DNA from: a virus
DNA length: 64,000 nucleotides
Direction: 5' to 3' (one strand)
IMG/VR virus record: IMGVR_UViG_3300020411_004289
Span: 1 to 64,000 of that record
The position numbers and the translations under genes are program-made. Below the pieces are notes generated by a model that saw only the letters and a program-made list of their open reading frames with translations, was not told the origin of the DNA and searched no databases. Positions 1-9,557 of this stretch are shown in pieces. Position 1 is the stretch's first letter. Each line of letters starts with the position of its first letter.

Positions 1-1305
1 AACTGGATTGTTGACTCAAGTAATCAACGTAATGGCTGGAACTATGCTCGTGTGGTTCATTCTGGAGCTAATGATGATGGTGGAGCTCTAGTAACAAATT
101 ATGTCGAGTGGGTCAATGATAGTGATGGAACTGCCATGGCAATTGATACTGCTGGATTTGCCGCCACTTTTGCTGATGATGAATACTATCTTCAGAGTGG
201 GGTAAAATACTTTGCTAATGCACCTACCAGTTCATTTTCTTATCGGGTGACTTCAGGATACACAAATGTTTATTCTGATAGTTCATCAGCACTCTATCTG
301 GACAATCTATCTAATCTTAGTGTTACTAGAATGGAGGTTTCTGGGACAACTGTTACGGATGCCGGCGCAAATGCAGCAGCAATAGGGTTTCCTGCTTTAA
401 ACACTGTGGGAGGTCAAAATTCTCCTGTACATGTTACAGCTTCAATAGTGTTTACTCAAGCAAAATCACTTCCAGGGTCAGCCGGGAGCGGCGCGTATGG
501 TGTTACAGGAAGTGCCCATGCTTTACACCCCTTAGATGGAACTAAGAATTCTTCTACACTTAGCAAGCCTCCACTTTTGGTATTTAGTGCTTCATTGACA
601 AATACAAGTGCTCAAACTTCAAATGCAAATACTCAAGAAGTTTTTGCTCAGGAATATTATCGTCTAATGAGTGGATCTTTTGCTAATCAAAGTGCAACAG
701 GTTCTGCACACTGGGACTCTTCTAAATCTCTAGAGTCTGGCGGTGTAGGTTACAATACAGGACTTTTAACTTACAACTACGCAATCTATTCACCTAAATT
801 TTCCGGTATTCCAGCTGGGGGTGACTTTAGAAACTTATCTGAGGGTGGTACTTATACAACCCCCAAAGACAACCCGAACTACACATCACTTTCTAACAGT
901 GAAAGAGATTACTATAGAGCGTTCTTAAACAATACAACTTCTGATCAAGCTGATGTCTCGATAACATTGTACGGTGATGCGACCTTAGTTCCTAGATCAG
1001 GCGCCGGCGCTGGAACACCAGGCGCAAATAAAAATTTCTTTTTAGATGTTAAGATACCTGGTAAAACTGGGTGGATGGATTCTGCAAAAGCGGCATCAGG
1101 AGGAATAAGTGATGGTGACGGAGCATTAAGCGGGGACAGAGATTCGACAGTTGATGGTGCAGGTGCAACTAACACTGCGGACTTCCAAACAGCATTTATT
1201 GCCGGCACAGCATCGTCAGGCGGCCCTGAACACTTTATCATTAGAATTGTTGCTCATGAAAATTGGACTGGACACATTGACAGAATTGTAGTTTCATACG
1301 TCTAG
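1..1305 (+). CDS. Virion structural protein, Ser/Thr/Gly-rich, 5'-truncated by window edge
   Basis: Frame is open from base 1 (AAC TGG ATT...) through the listed 52..1305 ORF to TAG. Beta-rich S/T/G composition; lies next to fibre genes. Confidence 0.65.
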   Translation, partial: NWIVDSSNQRNGWNYARVVHSGANDDGGALVTNYVEWVNDSDGTAMAIDTAGFAATFADDEYYLQSGVKYFANAPTSSFSYRVTSGYTNVYSDSSSALYLDNLSNLSVTRMEVSGTTVTDAGANAAAIGFPALNTVGGQNSPVHVTASIVFTQAKSLPGSAGSGAYGVTGSAHALHPLDGTKNSSTLSKPPLLVFSASLTNTSAQTSNANTQEVFAQEYYRLMSGSFANQSATGSAHWDSSKSLESGGVGYNTGLLTYNYAIYSPKFSGIPAGGDFRNLSEGGTYTTPKDNPNYTSLSNSERDYYRAFLNNTTSDQADVSITLYGDATLVPRSGAGAGTPGANKNFFLDVKIPGKTGWMDSAKAASGGISDGDGALSGDRDSTVDGAGATNTADFQTAFIAGTASSGGPEHFIIRIVAHENWTGHIDRIVVSYV

Positions 1306-1322
1306 TAATCCTAGTTAACTGG

Positions 1323-1329
1323 ATAGTTA
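1323..1329 (+). promoter_or_regulatory. Candidate late promoter motif ATAGTTA
   Basis: ATA(G/T)TTA recurs in six intergenic regions upstream of structural genes. Confidence 0.45.
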
Positions 1330-1374
1330 TTTGTGTTGTTTTGACACTTTTAATCCGGATGAAGACTGGGAAAA

Positions 1375-3669
1375 ATGGCAGGTAAAACCAATTTAACATC
1401 TACGCTTTTTTCTCAAAAAAAGCTATTAGCTAAATCTAATACAGGTGTACATAGAGCTGATAATCAAGAACCTTTGCCGTCCGGGCTTCAGGTTGCAGCT
1501 CAAAGTACTTTTTCTCAAGATATTCCTGCATCTCCTTCAAAAACACTTTGGACTGTACAAGGGACTAATTCAACTGCAGAGTACGTCGAGTTCGTTCTTC
1601 AGCCCATTACCGGCTCCACTTATGACGCCAATAGTTTTGATCCGGATGCACAGGCTCAATCATCAGGACCGCATGCTTATAGATTGGTGATGACTGGTAA
1701 CTACGAGTCGCTTACAGACAATACAAAAGCCGGTGAGGGTTATTATAAAAACGATCAAATTCTTCACTGGACTTTAGGAGGTCTTCAGCTTCTTTCACCA
1801 GGATTTTCAAATGACGTGCCGAATCCTTATACAATTTCAGTATACTCAGGCCCGGATGACATTAATGATGAAATACCATTGTTAGATGAAACTGACTGGT
1901 ATGTTGACTATTTTAGTGGAATTTTATTCATTCAGGATTACGATTCTGGAAAAGTTCCTACTAGAGCAAAAGGTTTTATCTATACAGGAAAAATGCTCAA
2001 TGAAAGCCTCGCCGGAGCCGGAGGCGGAGGCGGCACCGGGACAGGCGTAGGATGGATCGCTTCTGGAAATAGCAGCATTTCAACGACAGGATCACTTTTA
2101 GTAGGTACAAATACTGCAACTCCGGCCAACGCAGACATTAGTTTTTCTTCTATTGGTGCAGCAGTCTTTAATGAACAGTCTAGAAATGCCGACTTTAGAG
2201 TTGAAGGCACCAGTAAGACTCATGCATTTTTTATAGATGCTAGCGAAAATCAAGTTTTAATTCTATCAGGTGGTGCAGCTTCATCTACAAATGAAGCAGT
2301 AGGCACTGACATTAATTTTTATGTTTCAGGGTCAGTAGGTGGAAAAGGAGGGACTTCTAGGTCCATTACGCTTTTTGGTGGGGACATTCACATATCAGGA
2401 AACCTTACAGTCGATGGCTCTTCCCCGGGAAGCGGCGGCGGAACTCCTGCCGGTAGTAATACACAAATACAATTTAATGACAACAGCACTTTTGGTGCCA
2501 GTTCAGCTTTTACTTTTACAGGAACTGAAGTGGCACTTAGTGCTGCTAGTCCCAAATATGTCTTGCAAAGAAGTAGCAATGATCAAGAAAGCTCACTAGA
2601 ATTTAAGGGTGCAGCAGGAGTTCCAGGAGCTTCTATTTCACATAATATTGTTGGTAATGACCTAGTGCTTAAGACGTTTGGGAATGGCGGTGGTGGCCTT
2701 GAGGAAATGTTAAGATTAGGCGGTTTTTCTTCTGGCGATAATCGTATAGTCACAGTCTTATCAGGGTCCGGAGTTGCTGCTAGTGATATGCAACCTAGCA
2801 AAGCAACTGATATTGCATTCTTTGTATCAGGTGCAATAGGCTCTAAAGATACTACTAATCCTGGCGCTTCTGTTTTTGGCGGGGACGTTGTAATTTCTGG
2901 AACTTTACACGGTGGTTCTCCACTTAGGGTTGATGGAGGCATGGCAATAACAGGTACTATGGAGCTTAAACCTTCATCGGGTGGAGTTGCTATAGTAAGA
3001 AATCCAAGAGGGCCTGTTAAGTTATTTGCTAGTAGCGCTTTAAAATTAGGAGCGCAGACCGGACTAATTGATCTTATAGATTTGAATGATGGAGCTGCCG
3101 GCGCGCTTTGGCTCACCGGAAGTGGAGGGCTTTCAAATAGATCGATATCTTTAAATACACCAGGCACACTTTTTCTAACAGGTGCCTTAGGTGGAATTCA
3201 TACGAAAGGTGTGATTACATCTCATGATGGAATTAGCGGATCACTAACACAGCTAGCAGATGGCTCATCTTATCTTAAAGCGGGTGCAAATGTATCGATA
3301 ACTTCATCTTCCAATGGTGCCATAACAATAGAGTCATCCGCCGGCGGGGCGGGATTTATAGGAGGCGACGGTGCCAACAACCAGATGATCACCGCAGATG
3401 GTTCTGGGAACATCGTTGCTGAAACCAATATCACCTTTAATGGAAGTCAATTGGAGGTCACAGGGAACATTCTGCCTGGCTCTGATCGTATTTATAACCT
3501 AGGGTCTGAAGATGCGCGGTTCGCAAACATCTATACCGGTGACCTTCACTTAAAAAATGAGAGGGGCCACTGGCAGATCGTAGAGGAAAAAGATTGCCTC
3601 ACAGTGATTAATAGGCTTACCGGGAAAAAATATAAGATGGTTTTAGAGCCTTATGAAGAGCCTACTTAG
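1375..3669 (+). CDS. Tail fibre-like protein (764 aa)
   Basis: Poly-Gly linkers, PAGSNTQIQFND fibre motif, and C-terminal NLGS...RFANIYTGDLHLKNERGHWQIVEE...TGKKYKM domain typical of phage fibre termini. Confidence 0.75.
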   Translation: MAGKTNLTSTLFSQKKLLAKSNTGVHRADNQEPLPSGLQVAAQSTFSQDIPASPSKTLWTVQGTNSTAEYVEFVLQPITGSTYDANSFDPDAQAQSSGPHAYRLVMTGNYESLTDNTKAGEGYYKNDQILHWTLGGLQLLSPGFSNDVPNPYTISVYSGPDDINDEIPLLDETDWYVDYFSGILFIQDYDSGKVPTRAKGFIYTGKMLNESLAGAGGGGGTGTGVGWIASGNSSISTTGSLLVGTNTATPANADISFSSIGAAVFNEQSRNADFRVEGTSKTHAFFIDASENQVLILSGGAASSTNEAVGTDINFYVSGSVGGKGGTSRSITLFGGDIHISGNLTVDGSSPGSGGGTPAGSNTQIQFNDNSTFGASSAFTFTGTEVALSAASPKYVLQRSSNDQESSLEFKGAAGVPGASISHNIVGNDLVLKTFGNGGGGLEEMLRLGGFSSGDNRIVTVLSGSGVAASDMQPSKATDIAFFVSGAIGSKDTTNPGASVFGGDVVISGTLHGGSPLRVDGGMAITGTMELKPSSGGVAIVRNPRGPVKLFASSALKLGAQTGLIDLIDLNDGAAGALWLTGSGGLSNRSISLNTPGTLFLTGALGGIHTKGVITSHDGISGSLTQLADGSSYLKAGANVSITSSSNGAITIESSAGGAGFIGGDGANNQMITADGSGNIVAETNITFNGSQLEVTGNILPGSDRIYNLGSEDARFANIYTGDLHLKNERGHWQIVEEKDCLTVINRLTGKKYKMVLEPYEEPT

Positions 3670-3693
3670 ATGTGAGATAGGGAAATTACTTCT

Positions 3694-3936
3694 ATGAGTA
3701 AAAAAAGCAATAAAGCACAATCAGATTATATTACAAACGACATATCTGTTGCTGCGTTTTTGATGATGAAAGGATTAACCTTGACGAAGGCTTCTAGTGC
3801 TGGAGGCCGTTATGAGTTTATTTTTGATGACCCACAAAATGAAGCTTTGAACCTAGTGTTAAGTTTTCCCGGGACGCCTTTTGGTCAATATGATTCTTAC
3901 CTAAGAATGCTTAGAGGCCTGGTGAAAAATAAATAA
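3694..3936 (+). CDS. Small phage protein, DUF5659-like (80 aa)
   Basis: YITNDISVAAFLMMKG...YEFIFDD pattern recalled from DUF5659; GGGA upstream of ATG. Confidence 0.55.
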   Translation: MSKKSNKAQSDYITNDISVAAFLMMKGLTLTKASSAGGRYEFIFDDPQNEALNLVLSFPGTPFGQYDSYLRMLRGLVKNK

Positions 3937-3969
3937 GACAAAAATATCTTAAAAATATTTTTTAAAAAC

Positions 3970-3976
3970 ATATTTA
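3970..3976 (+). promoter_or_regulatory. Candidate late promoter motif ATATTTA
   Basis: Same heptamer, in the intergenic region before the long fibre gene. Confidence 0.4.
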
Positions 3977-4138
3977 CATGTGTTCGTTTTTGTGGTTTGC
4001 TCTACCATATCTCCTAGTAATACTGAGCATTCACATCGTTAAATTTCGTTTAGTTGTTTAAGTTCGGCAATTTGTTTGTTGGCAGAATATCTGCTTTAAC
4101 AATTAACTTTGTCATATGACAAAAAGGAAAATTTAACA

Positions 4139-7100
4139 ATGGGATTAAAACTTAATCATATTTCTGCGTCTAACTACGTGAAAGGCGCGCAGTCCAGAAA
4201 CATGATCGGTGTCTCGGGATCCATGATATGGAACCCATCTAAGGCCGCGACGCCAACCGTTCCGGCGACATTGATCTCAGGCCATCCGGATGCTGCGTAT
4301 ATCTTTAGTGGTTCTGTGGGTGGAACAGACAAGGCTGTCTTCTTAGGAGACGTCACAGTTTCTGGTACACTTAAGACAGGTGCAGGTGGTTCATTTGTAA
4401 ATACTAACGGTACCGGTGGTAACAAGTACATGACCTTCTGGGTTGATGATGATACTGTTGCCGGTAATGCAAAATTTACTTTTGATGGATCGCATGCGAC
4501 ACTATCTAAAGACTCGATGCTAAAATTCACAGATGGTAACTCGTATATCTACAGTAATGCATCTGGATCTATGCAGGTATTTTCATCTGCCTCGATGTAT
4601 GTTTCTTCTTCAATCACTCTTAACTTGCAGAGTGGAAGAAATGCTTTCCTAACAGGTAAGACAGGAAATGTATCGCTATGCGCAGGGTCAGATCAGATTT
4701 ACTTGTGTGGTGCAGACACAAATGCAATCTTTACTGCGATGTCGATGAATCATCCGCAATTAGGTGCTAATACAAACGGTGTAATGATTTCAGACCATAC
4801 GGTCGCAAATGACTTCTTTGCAATTTATGTAGATGACAATAATGATGGTGCAGCATATATTGTTACTCAAGATAGCACAGCAGCAAATGGTCACTTGACA
4901 ATTTCTCCGGACGGTACCTTAAATCTAGAAGTTGACAATGCGGCAAACAAAATCGCCATATCCTCAGCCGGATCTGGAGATGATGCAGTTAAAATCGAGG
5001 CTACTGGTGGTGGTATTGATGCAGATGCAGCAGGTCACATCAAACTATTGGGTGGTGATGATTGTGAGTTCTTGACAGCTGATACTAAAACTCTTTACCT
5101 AGGTGAGGGTACGAACAATGCAGCGCACACTCATATTAGTATTAAGCATGATGCCTCAACGGCGGCAAATGAGAAGATTGCAATTCTAAACCAGACAGGA
5201 ACACAGGGTGATGCAATATTGCTCAAAGCAGCAGCCGGTGGTATTTGGATCGACGCTGATGTCGCCAATGCGGATGCAATCAATGTTGACTCTGCTGGTG
5301 GAATGCAGTTCGATGCAGCTGCTGGAATCAGTATTGATGGAGCAACGTCCTCGAACTTTACCGTTACCGGTACCGGTCAGGACTTAACTTTGTCTGTTGC
5401 TGGCGGAGGTGCTCAGGTTCTAGAATTAGCTTCTGCTGGTACTGCGGCTGATGCAGTTCACATTGTTGCTTCTGCTGGTGGTGTTGATATTGATGCCGCT
5501 GGTCTAGTGGCAGTTGATGCAAGTGGAGCGATATCGCTTGATTCAGCAAGTGATTCTAACTTTACTGTAGTCAATCACAATCTTTCTCTTCTTGCTTCCG
5601 GAAACGATTCGAATCAATCCAGAGTTGTCATATCTGGTTCTCATGGGGCTGATTCTCTCTTAGTTCAGTCTGATGCAACTTTTAGTAGCGATGTTGTAAT
5701 TACCGGTGACTTAGATGTCAACGGAACTGTTACGACTATTGATACGACAAACTTGGAAGTCAAGGATCGTTTGATTGGTATCAACTATGATGGAGGATCT
5801 GCTCAAGCTCTTGCAGATGCAGGTCTTATTATCGGAAACAGCGGAGGAAATCAAAAGGCCTTCTTCTGGGATAATACCGAGAGTGAGTTTGCTGTGGTTG
5901 ATACTACCAGTACTACCACATCGACTGTGGTTGCTACAACATCATATGCTGACTTCCGTGCGGGAACGATTTCAGGCTCCAATGTTTCAATCTCAGGATT
6001 GACACAACATCATGTCGTCCATGGTGGCGCTGGTGGTGCTCTAGAGGGTTCTGCTGACTTCACTTATGATGGTTCTACACTGACTGTTGGTGCCAGTGCG
6101 GCTCAAGCTGTGGATATGAATGCATCGACATTTGATATCGACGCAACCGGTCTAATATCACTAACCTCGTCAGGTGGTGGTGTTGATATTGATGCTAACG
6201 GAACAACATCAATTGATGGTGCTTCAGGAATTAATATCGGTACCGCAGCTAATGTTCTTGTTGACCTTAATGCTAGTAGACTAGATATTGATACAACTGG
6301 TGCTATTGAAATGGATGCCTCCAGTGGCGGCTGCTCGATTGATGTTGTATCCGATTCAAACTTTACAGTTACGTCTTCTGGAGCAGATCTAGATCTTGCT
6401 GTTGCAGGTGGTGGTGCACAGGAACTTAGGCTGTCATCAGCGGGTACTGGTGGAAGTGCTATCCATCTAAACTCTTCAGCAGGTGGTTTGAATATTGACG
6501 TAGCGGATGCTATGGATGTTGATGTCACTGGTGCGTATACACTAGATGCAGCCGGTGTTTCTATTGACGCGACTGCTGCTTCTAATGTTACAGCAACCGG
6601 TGCAACGCTTGTACTTTCCACAGTTACATCAGGTGAACTTGATATTACAGCAGCAGGTCTGCTTGATATTAATGCTGCTGCTAACATGGATATTGATGTC
6701 ACTGGTACTTATGACATGCTGGCTTCAAGCACCTTCTCAATTGATGGTACTGGAGCTTCTAATGTCACAGCTACTTCCGGTAAGCTGACACTTAGTACTG
6801 CAACATCTGGTGAAATACATGTCAGTTCTGCTGGGTTGGTTAATATCGATGCAGCTGCTAACATGGATGTTGATGTGACAGGCAATTACACGCTGGATGC
6901 AACAGGAACTTACTCTGTTGATGCTGTTGGAGCTTCAAACATTACAATCGACAGTGGTGCGCTTACCTTGGGTACCACCACTTCTGGTGATGTTGAAGTT
7001 GTCGCGGCCGGTGGTGATATTGTGATGGGCGCTGTTGCCGGTACCAACGAGCTAGCTTTTGCTCTAGGTGGATCAGGAGTCGTTGACATTGAGGCTAAGG

Positions 7101-7471
7101 TTTCTAATGAAAGCTTGCGCTTAAGAGTTAACGATGGTGGATCTGCTAGAACGGCTATCGAAATTGATGGTGACTCGTCTGTTGGCAGTAACTTGGATAT
7201 TATTCTAGGGCACACCGGTATGGGAGCAGGCACGGTCGCCATGGTTCCAGCGGTGGATAATGTCATGGACTTAGGTGGAGAATCTAATAGATTCCGCAAC
7301 ATCTACACCGGTGACCTTAACTTGCGAAATGATCGTGGAAACTGGACCCTCATAGAGGAAGCCGGCTTCATCTCATTCCGCAACAATGATTCCGGTAAAC
7401 GCTACAAGATGCTTATGGAAGAAATTACTGGAGACGGTAGTTACGGTCCAGGCAACGATGGTGTGATGTAA
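4139..7471 (+). CDS. Long tail fibre / beta-helical virion protein (~1110 aa)
   Basis: ATG at 4139 has AAGGA upstream, preferred over TTG at 4109. Many ~8-residue xIDAxGxx repeats. Shares the NIYTGDL C-terminal domain with 1375..3669. Confidence 0.75.
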   Translation: MGLKLNHISASNYVKGAQSRNMIGVSGSMIWNPSKAATPTVPATLISGHPDAAYIFSGSVGGTDKAVFLGDVTVSGTLKTGAGGSFVNTNGTGGNKYMTFWVDDDTVAGNAKFTFDGSHATLSKDSMLKFTDGNSYIYSNASGSMQVFSSASMYVSSSITLNLQSGRNAFLTGKTGNVSLCAGSDQIYLCGADTNAIFTAMSMNHPQLGANTNGVMISDHTVANDFFAIYVDDNNDGAAYIVTQDSTAANGHLTISPDGTLNLEVDNAANKIAISSAGSGDDAVKIEATGGGIDADAAGHIKLLGGDDCEFLTADTKTLYLGEGTNNAAHTHISIKHDASTAANEKIAILNQTGTQGDAILLKAAAGGIWIDADVANADAINVDSAGGMQFDAAAGISIDGATSSNFTVTGTGQDLTLSVAGGGAQVLELASAGTAADAVHIVASAGGVDIDAAGLVAVDASGAISLDSASDSNFTVVNHNLSLLASGNDSNQSRVVISGSHGADSLLVQSDATFSSDVVITGDLDVNGTVTTIDTTNLEVKDRLIGINYDGGSAQALADAGLIIGNSGGNQKAFFWDNTESEFAVVDTTSTTTSTVVATTSYADFRAGTISGSNVSISGLTQHHVVHGGAGGALEGSADFTYDGSTLTVGASAAQAVDMNASTFDIDATGLISLTSSGGGVDIDANGTTSIDGASGINIGTAANVLVDLNASRLDIDTTGAIEMDASSGGCSIDVVSDSNFTVTSSGADLDLAVAGGGAQELRLSSAGTGGSAIHLNSSAGGLNIDVADAMDVDVTGAYTLDAAGVSIDATAASNVTATGATLVLSTVTSGELDITAAGLLDINAAANMDIDVTGTYDMLASSTFSIDGTGASNVTATSGKLTLSTATSGEIHVSSAGLVNIDAAANMDVDVTGNYTLDATGTYSVDAVGASNITIDSGALTLGTTTSGDVEVVAAGGDIVMGAVAGTNELAFALGGSGVVDIEAKVSNESLRLRVNDGGSARTAIEIDGDSSVGSNLDIILGHTGMGAGTVAMVPAVDNVMDLGGESNRFRNIYTGDLNLRNDRGNWTLIEEAGFISFRNNDSGKRYKMLMEEITGDGSYGPGNDGVM

Positions 7472-7516
7472 GCCTAAAAAAGAAAAGTCATATGACTTCG
7501 GTCTAGGCTAATTCTT

Positions 7517-7550
7517 GGGGGTGGGACTTCGGTCCCACCCCTTTTTTTTT
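7517..7550 (+). terminator. Rho-independent terminator with cUUCGg tetraloop
   Basis: GGGGTGGGAC-TTCG-GTCCCACCCC, a perfect 10-bp stem, followed by T9. Confidence 0.95.
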
Positions 7551-7552
7551 GT

Positions 7553-7559
7553 ATATTTA
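7553..7559 (+). promoter_or_regulatory. Candidate late promoter motif ATATTTA
   Basis: Sits directly after the terminator and before the GGAG RBS of the next gene, where a new promoter is needed. Confidence 0.55.
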
Positions 7560-7582
7560 GAGTAAACATCGGGAGAATAAAA

Positions 7583-9334
7583 ATGCCACTAATTGGTGAT
7601 CTTTCTGGATCTTTAGGAAAAAATAGTTTAATTGGTGTAACCGGGTCGATTGATATATCATATGACGGAGAAGGGACTGAGGATGGCTGGATCCAGTTTC
7701 AAGAGATGACAGGCGATCCTTCTACTCCTGCAGCAAATCATGGTAAAATATATGCAAAAGATACGGGAGGCGTCACAATCCCTTATTTTATTGATGCTTC
7801 CGGTACAGTAACTAGTCTTTTAAGTGGTGGTAGCGGAGGATCCGGGTCACCGGCAGGATCAGACACGCAGTTGCAATTTAATGATGGAGGAAGCTTTGGG
7901 GCTAGTGCCAATCTTACCTGGGATGATACAGAACTCAAGATATCCGGGACAGGCACTAATACGCTTCTAAACCTGCAAACAACAGAAGATAGCTCAACGG
8001 CTAGCCCTGTGCTTGAGTTAACAAGAGTAAGTTCATCTCCTGCAGATGCAGATTACCTAGGTCAAGTAAAGTTTGTTGGAAGGCATGACGGGAACGGTGC
8101 AACAACCTATGCAAAGATAACTGGGAAAATAGATGATGCATCTGATAGTTCTGAAGATGGCATTCTTGAGTTTGCGAACATCAAAAATGGATCGCAAACT
8201 GTGACCGCACGGCTACGATCAGATTCATTACAACTACTAAACAGCACTAATCTATCTGTTGATGGAACAGCTGAGATAAGCCAGTATCTTTACCACAAAG
8301 ATGACAATGACACATATGTTAAATTTGAGGATGATGTAATTACTCTAACAGCAGGGACCGCAGCCTCTATTCAACTAAGAGAATCTTCTTATGATCATAT
8401 CATGATTAATAGCTCCATGAATGACGTAGACACATACATTTACGGTCAAAACATGAATCGCACTTTGTTTAAAGGTATAGCTCAACAAAATAATGAGCAG
8501 GTTTTGATTCTTTCCGGAGGGGCAGCCGGGTCAATTAATACTGCTTCCGGAGACGACGTGGCCTTTTTTGTTTCTGGGTCTGTAGGTGTAAAAGATTCAG
8601 GTACCAAAGGTGCGTCTGTTTTTGGTGGCGACCTCATAACTAGCGGAACTAGTTGGCACATGAATAATTTAGTCGTAGAAGATATTGATGCCAACGAGCA
8701 AGGAATAATAACAATCGGTGATACAACTGCCTCTGCTTATACAACTATTACCACTAGTCAATATGGAAGAGTTACCGTCCAGTCTAGAAGAAACGGAAGG
8801 GATGGAGAGATATGGCTAGATTCATCGGACGATATCATCTTGGATGTCGAAAGTGGGGGCACTCTAGAAATGAGAGAAGCCAGTGTATCATTACTTAAAA
8901 TAACACCAAACTCAAGCAATATTGATATTCAACCGCAAGTTGCGAACAAAGACATAAGAATAGCATCTCAAAGTGGAAATACTTTACTGACAGCAGACTC
9001 ATCTGATGAAGCTATCAAAATAGATAGAAAACTAGGGTTGGGAATGACTACTCTGATGTCGACAGGTACTCTGAGCGCTGATCATCCCGTTGTCATGATA
9101 GCAAATGCTGGTTCGTCTGATGTCACCGGCACATTGTCAGACCCAACTTTTTCAGGTCAAATGAAAGTAGTAGTAGGAATGAAAATGAGTTCAGGTGAGT
9201 GTATTTTATCATACAAAAATCCTGCCGGTACCACCACCAACAAAACATTGATCAATGGTGTTGGAGTACTTTTGTGCGGATTTGAAATGACACCCGGTTC
9301 TTATCGTTGGTTTACTGTGGGTGACGTCACATAA
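7583..9334 (+). CDS. Tail fibre-like protein (583 aa)
   Basis: PAGSDTQLQFNDGG motif, and a QVLILSGGAA...FFVSGSVG...VFGGD module shared with 1375..3669. GGGAG RBS. Confidence 0.7.
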   Translation: MPLIGDLSGSLGKNSLIGVTGSIDISYDGEGTEDGWIQFQEMTGDPSTPAANHGKIYAKDTGGVTIPYFIDASGTVTSLLSGGSGGSGSPAGSDTQLQFNDGGSFGASANLTWDDTELKISGTGTNTLLNLQTTEDSSTASPVLELTRVSSSPADADYLGQVKFVGRHDGNGATTYAKITGKIDDASDSSEDGILEFANIKNGSQTVTARLRSDSLQLLNSTNLSVDGTAEISQYLYHKDDNDTYVKFEDDVITLTAGTAASIQLRESSYDHIMINSSMNDVDTYIYGQNMNRTLFKGIAQQNNEQVLILSGGAAGSINTASGDDVAFFVSGSVGVKDSGTKGASVFGGDLITSGTSWHMNNLVVEDIDANEQGIITIGDTTASAYTTITTSQYGRVTVQSRRNGRDGEIWLDSSDDIILDVESGGTLEMREASVSLLKITPNSSNIDIQPQVANKDIRIASQSGNTLLTADSSDEAIKIDRKLGLGMTTLMSTGTLSADHPVVMIANAGSSDVTGTLSDPTFSGQMKVVVGMKMSSGECILSYKNPAGTTTNKTLINGVGVLLCGFEMTPGSYRWFTVGDVT

Positions 9335-9557
9335 AAAACATATAATTCTCCAAAAATTTCTAGACGTTGATGTTGATTTATTAGTACAGTCTTTAGGATA
9401 CGTTGAAATTTTATTTTGTACAATATCTACAGTAGTTATAGTGTCTATATAACAGGATATCAGTATTAGAAGTACAGAGAAACAGAGACAGATAAACTCT
9501 AAAACTCTTAAGACAGATATACTGATATCAGATTATTAGTACCTAAGAGATAAGTTT

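Noticed and set aside
1375-9334. Diversity-generating retroelement or invertible fibre cassette
   Set aside because: No reverse transcriptase or recombinase in the window. The repeats are diverged protein modules, not adenine-specific TR/VR pairs or inverted repeats.
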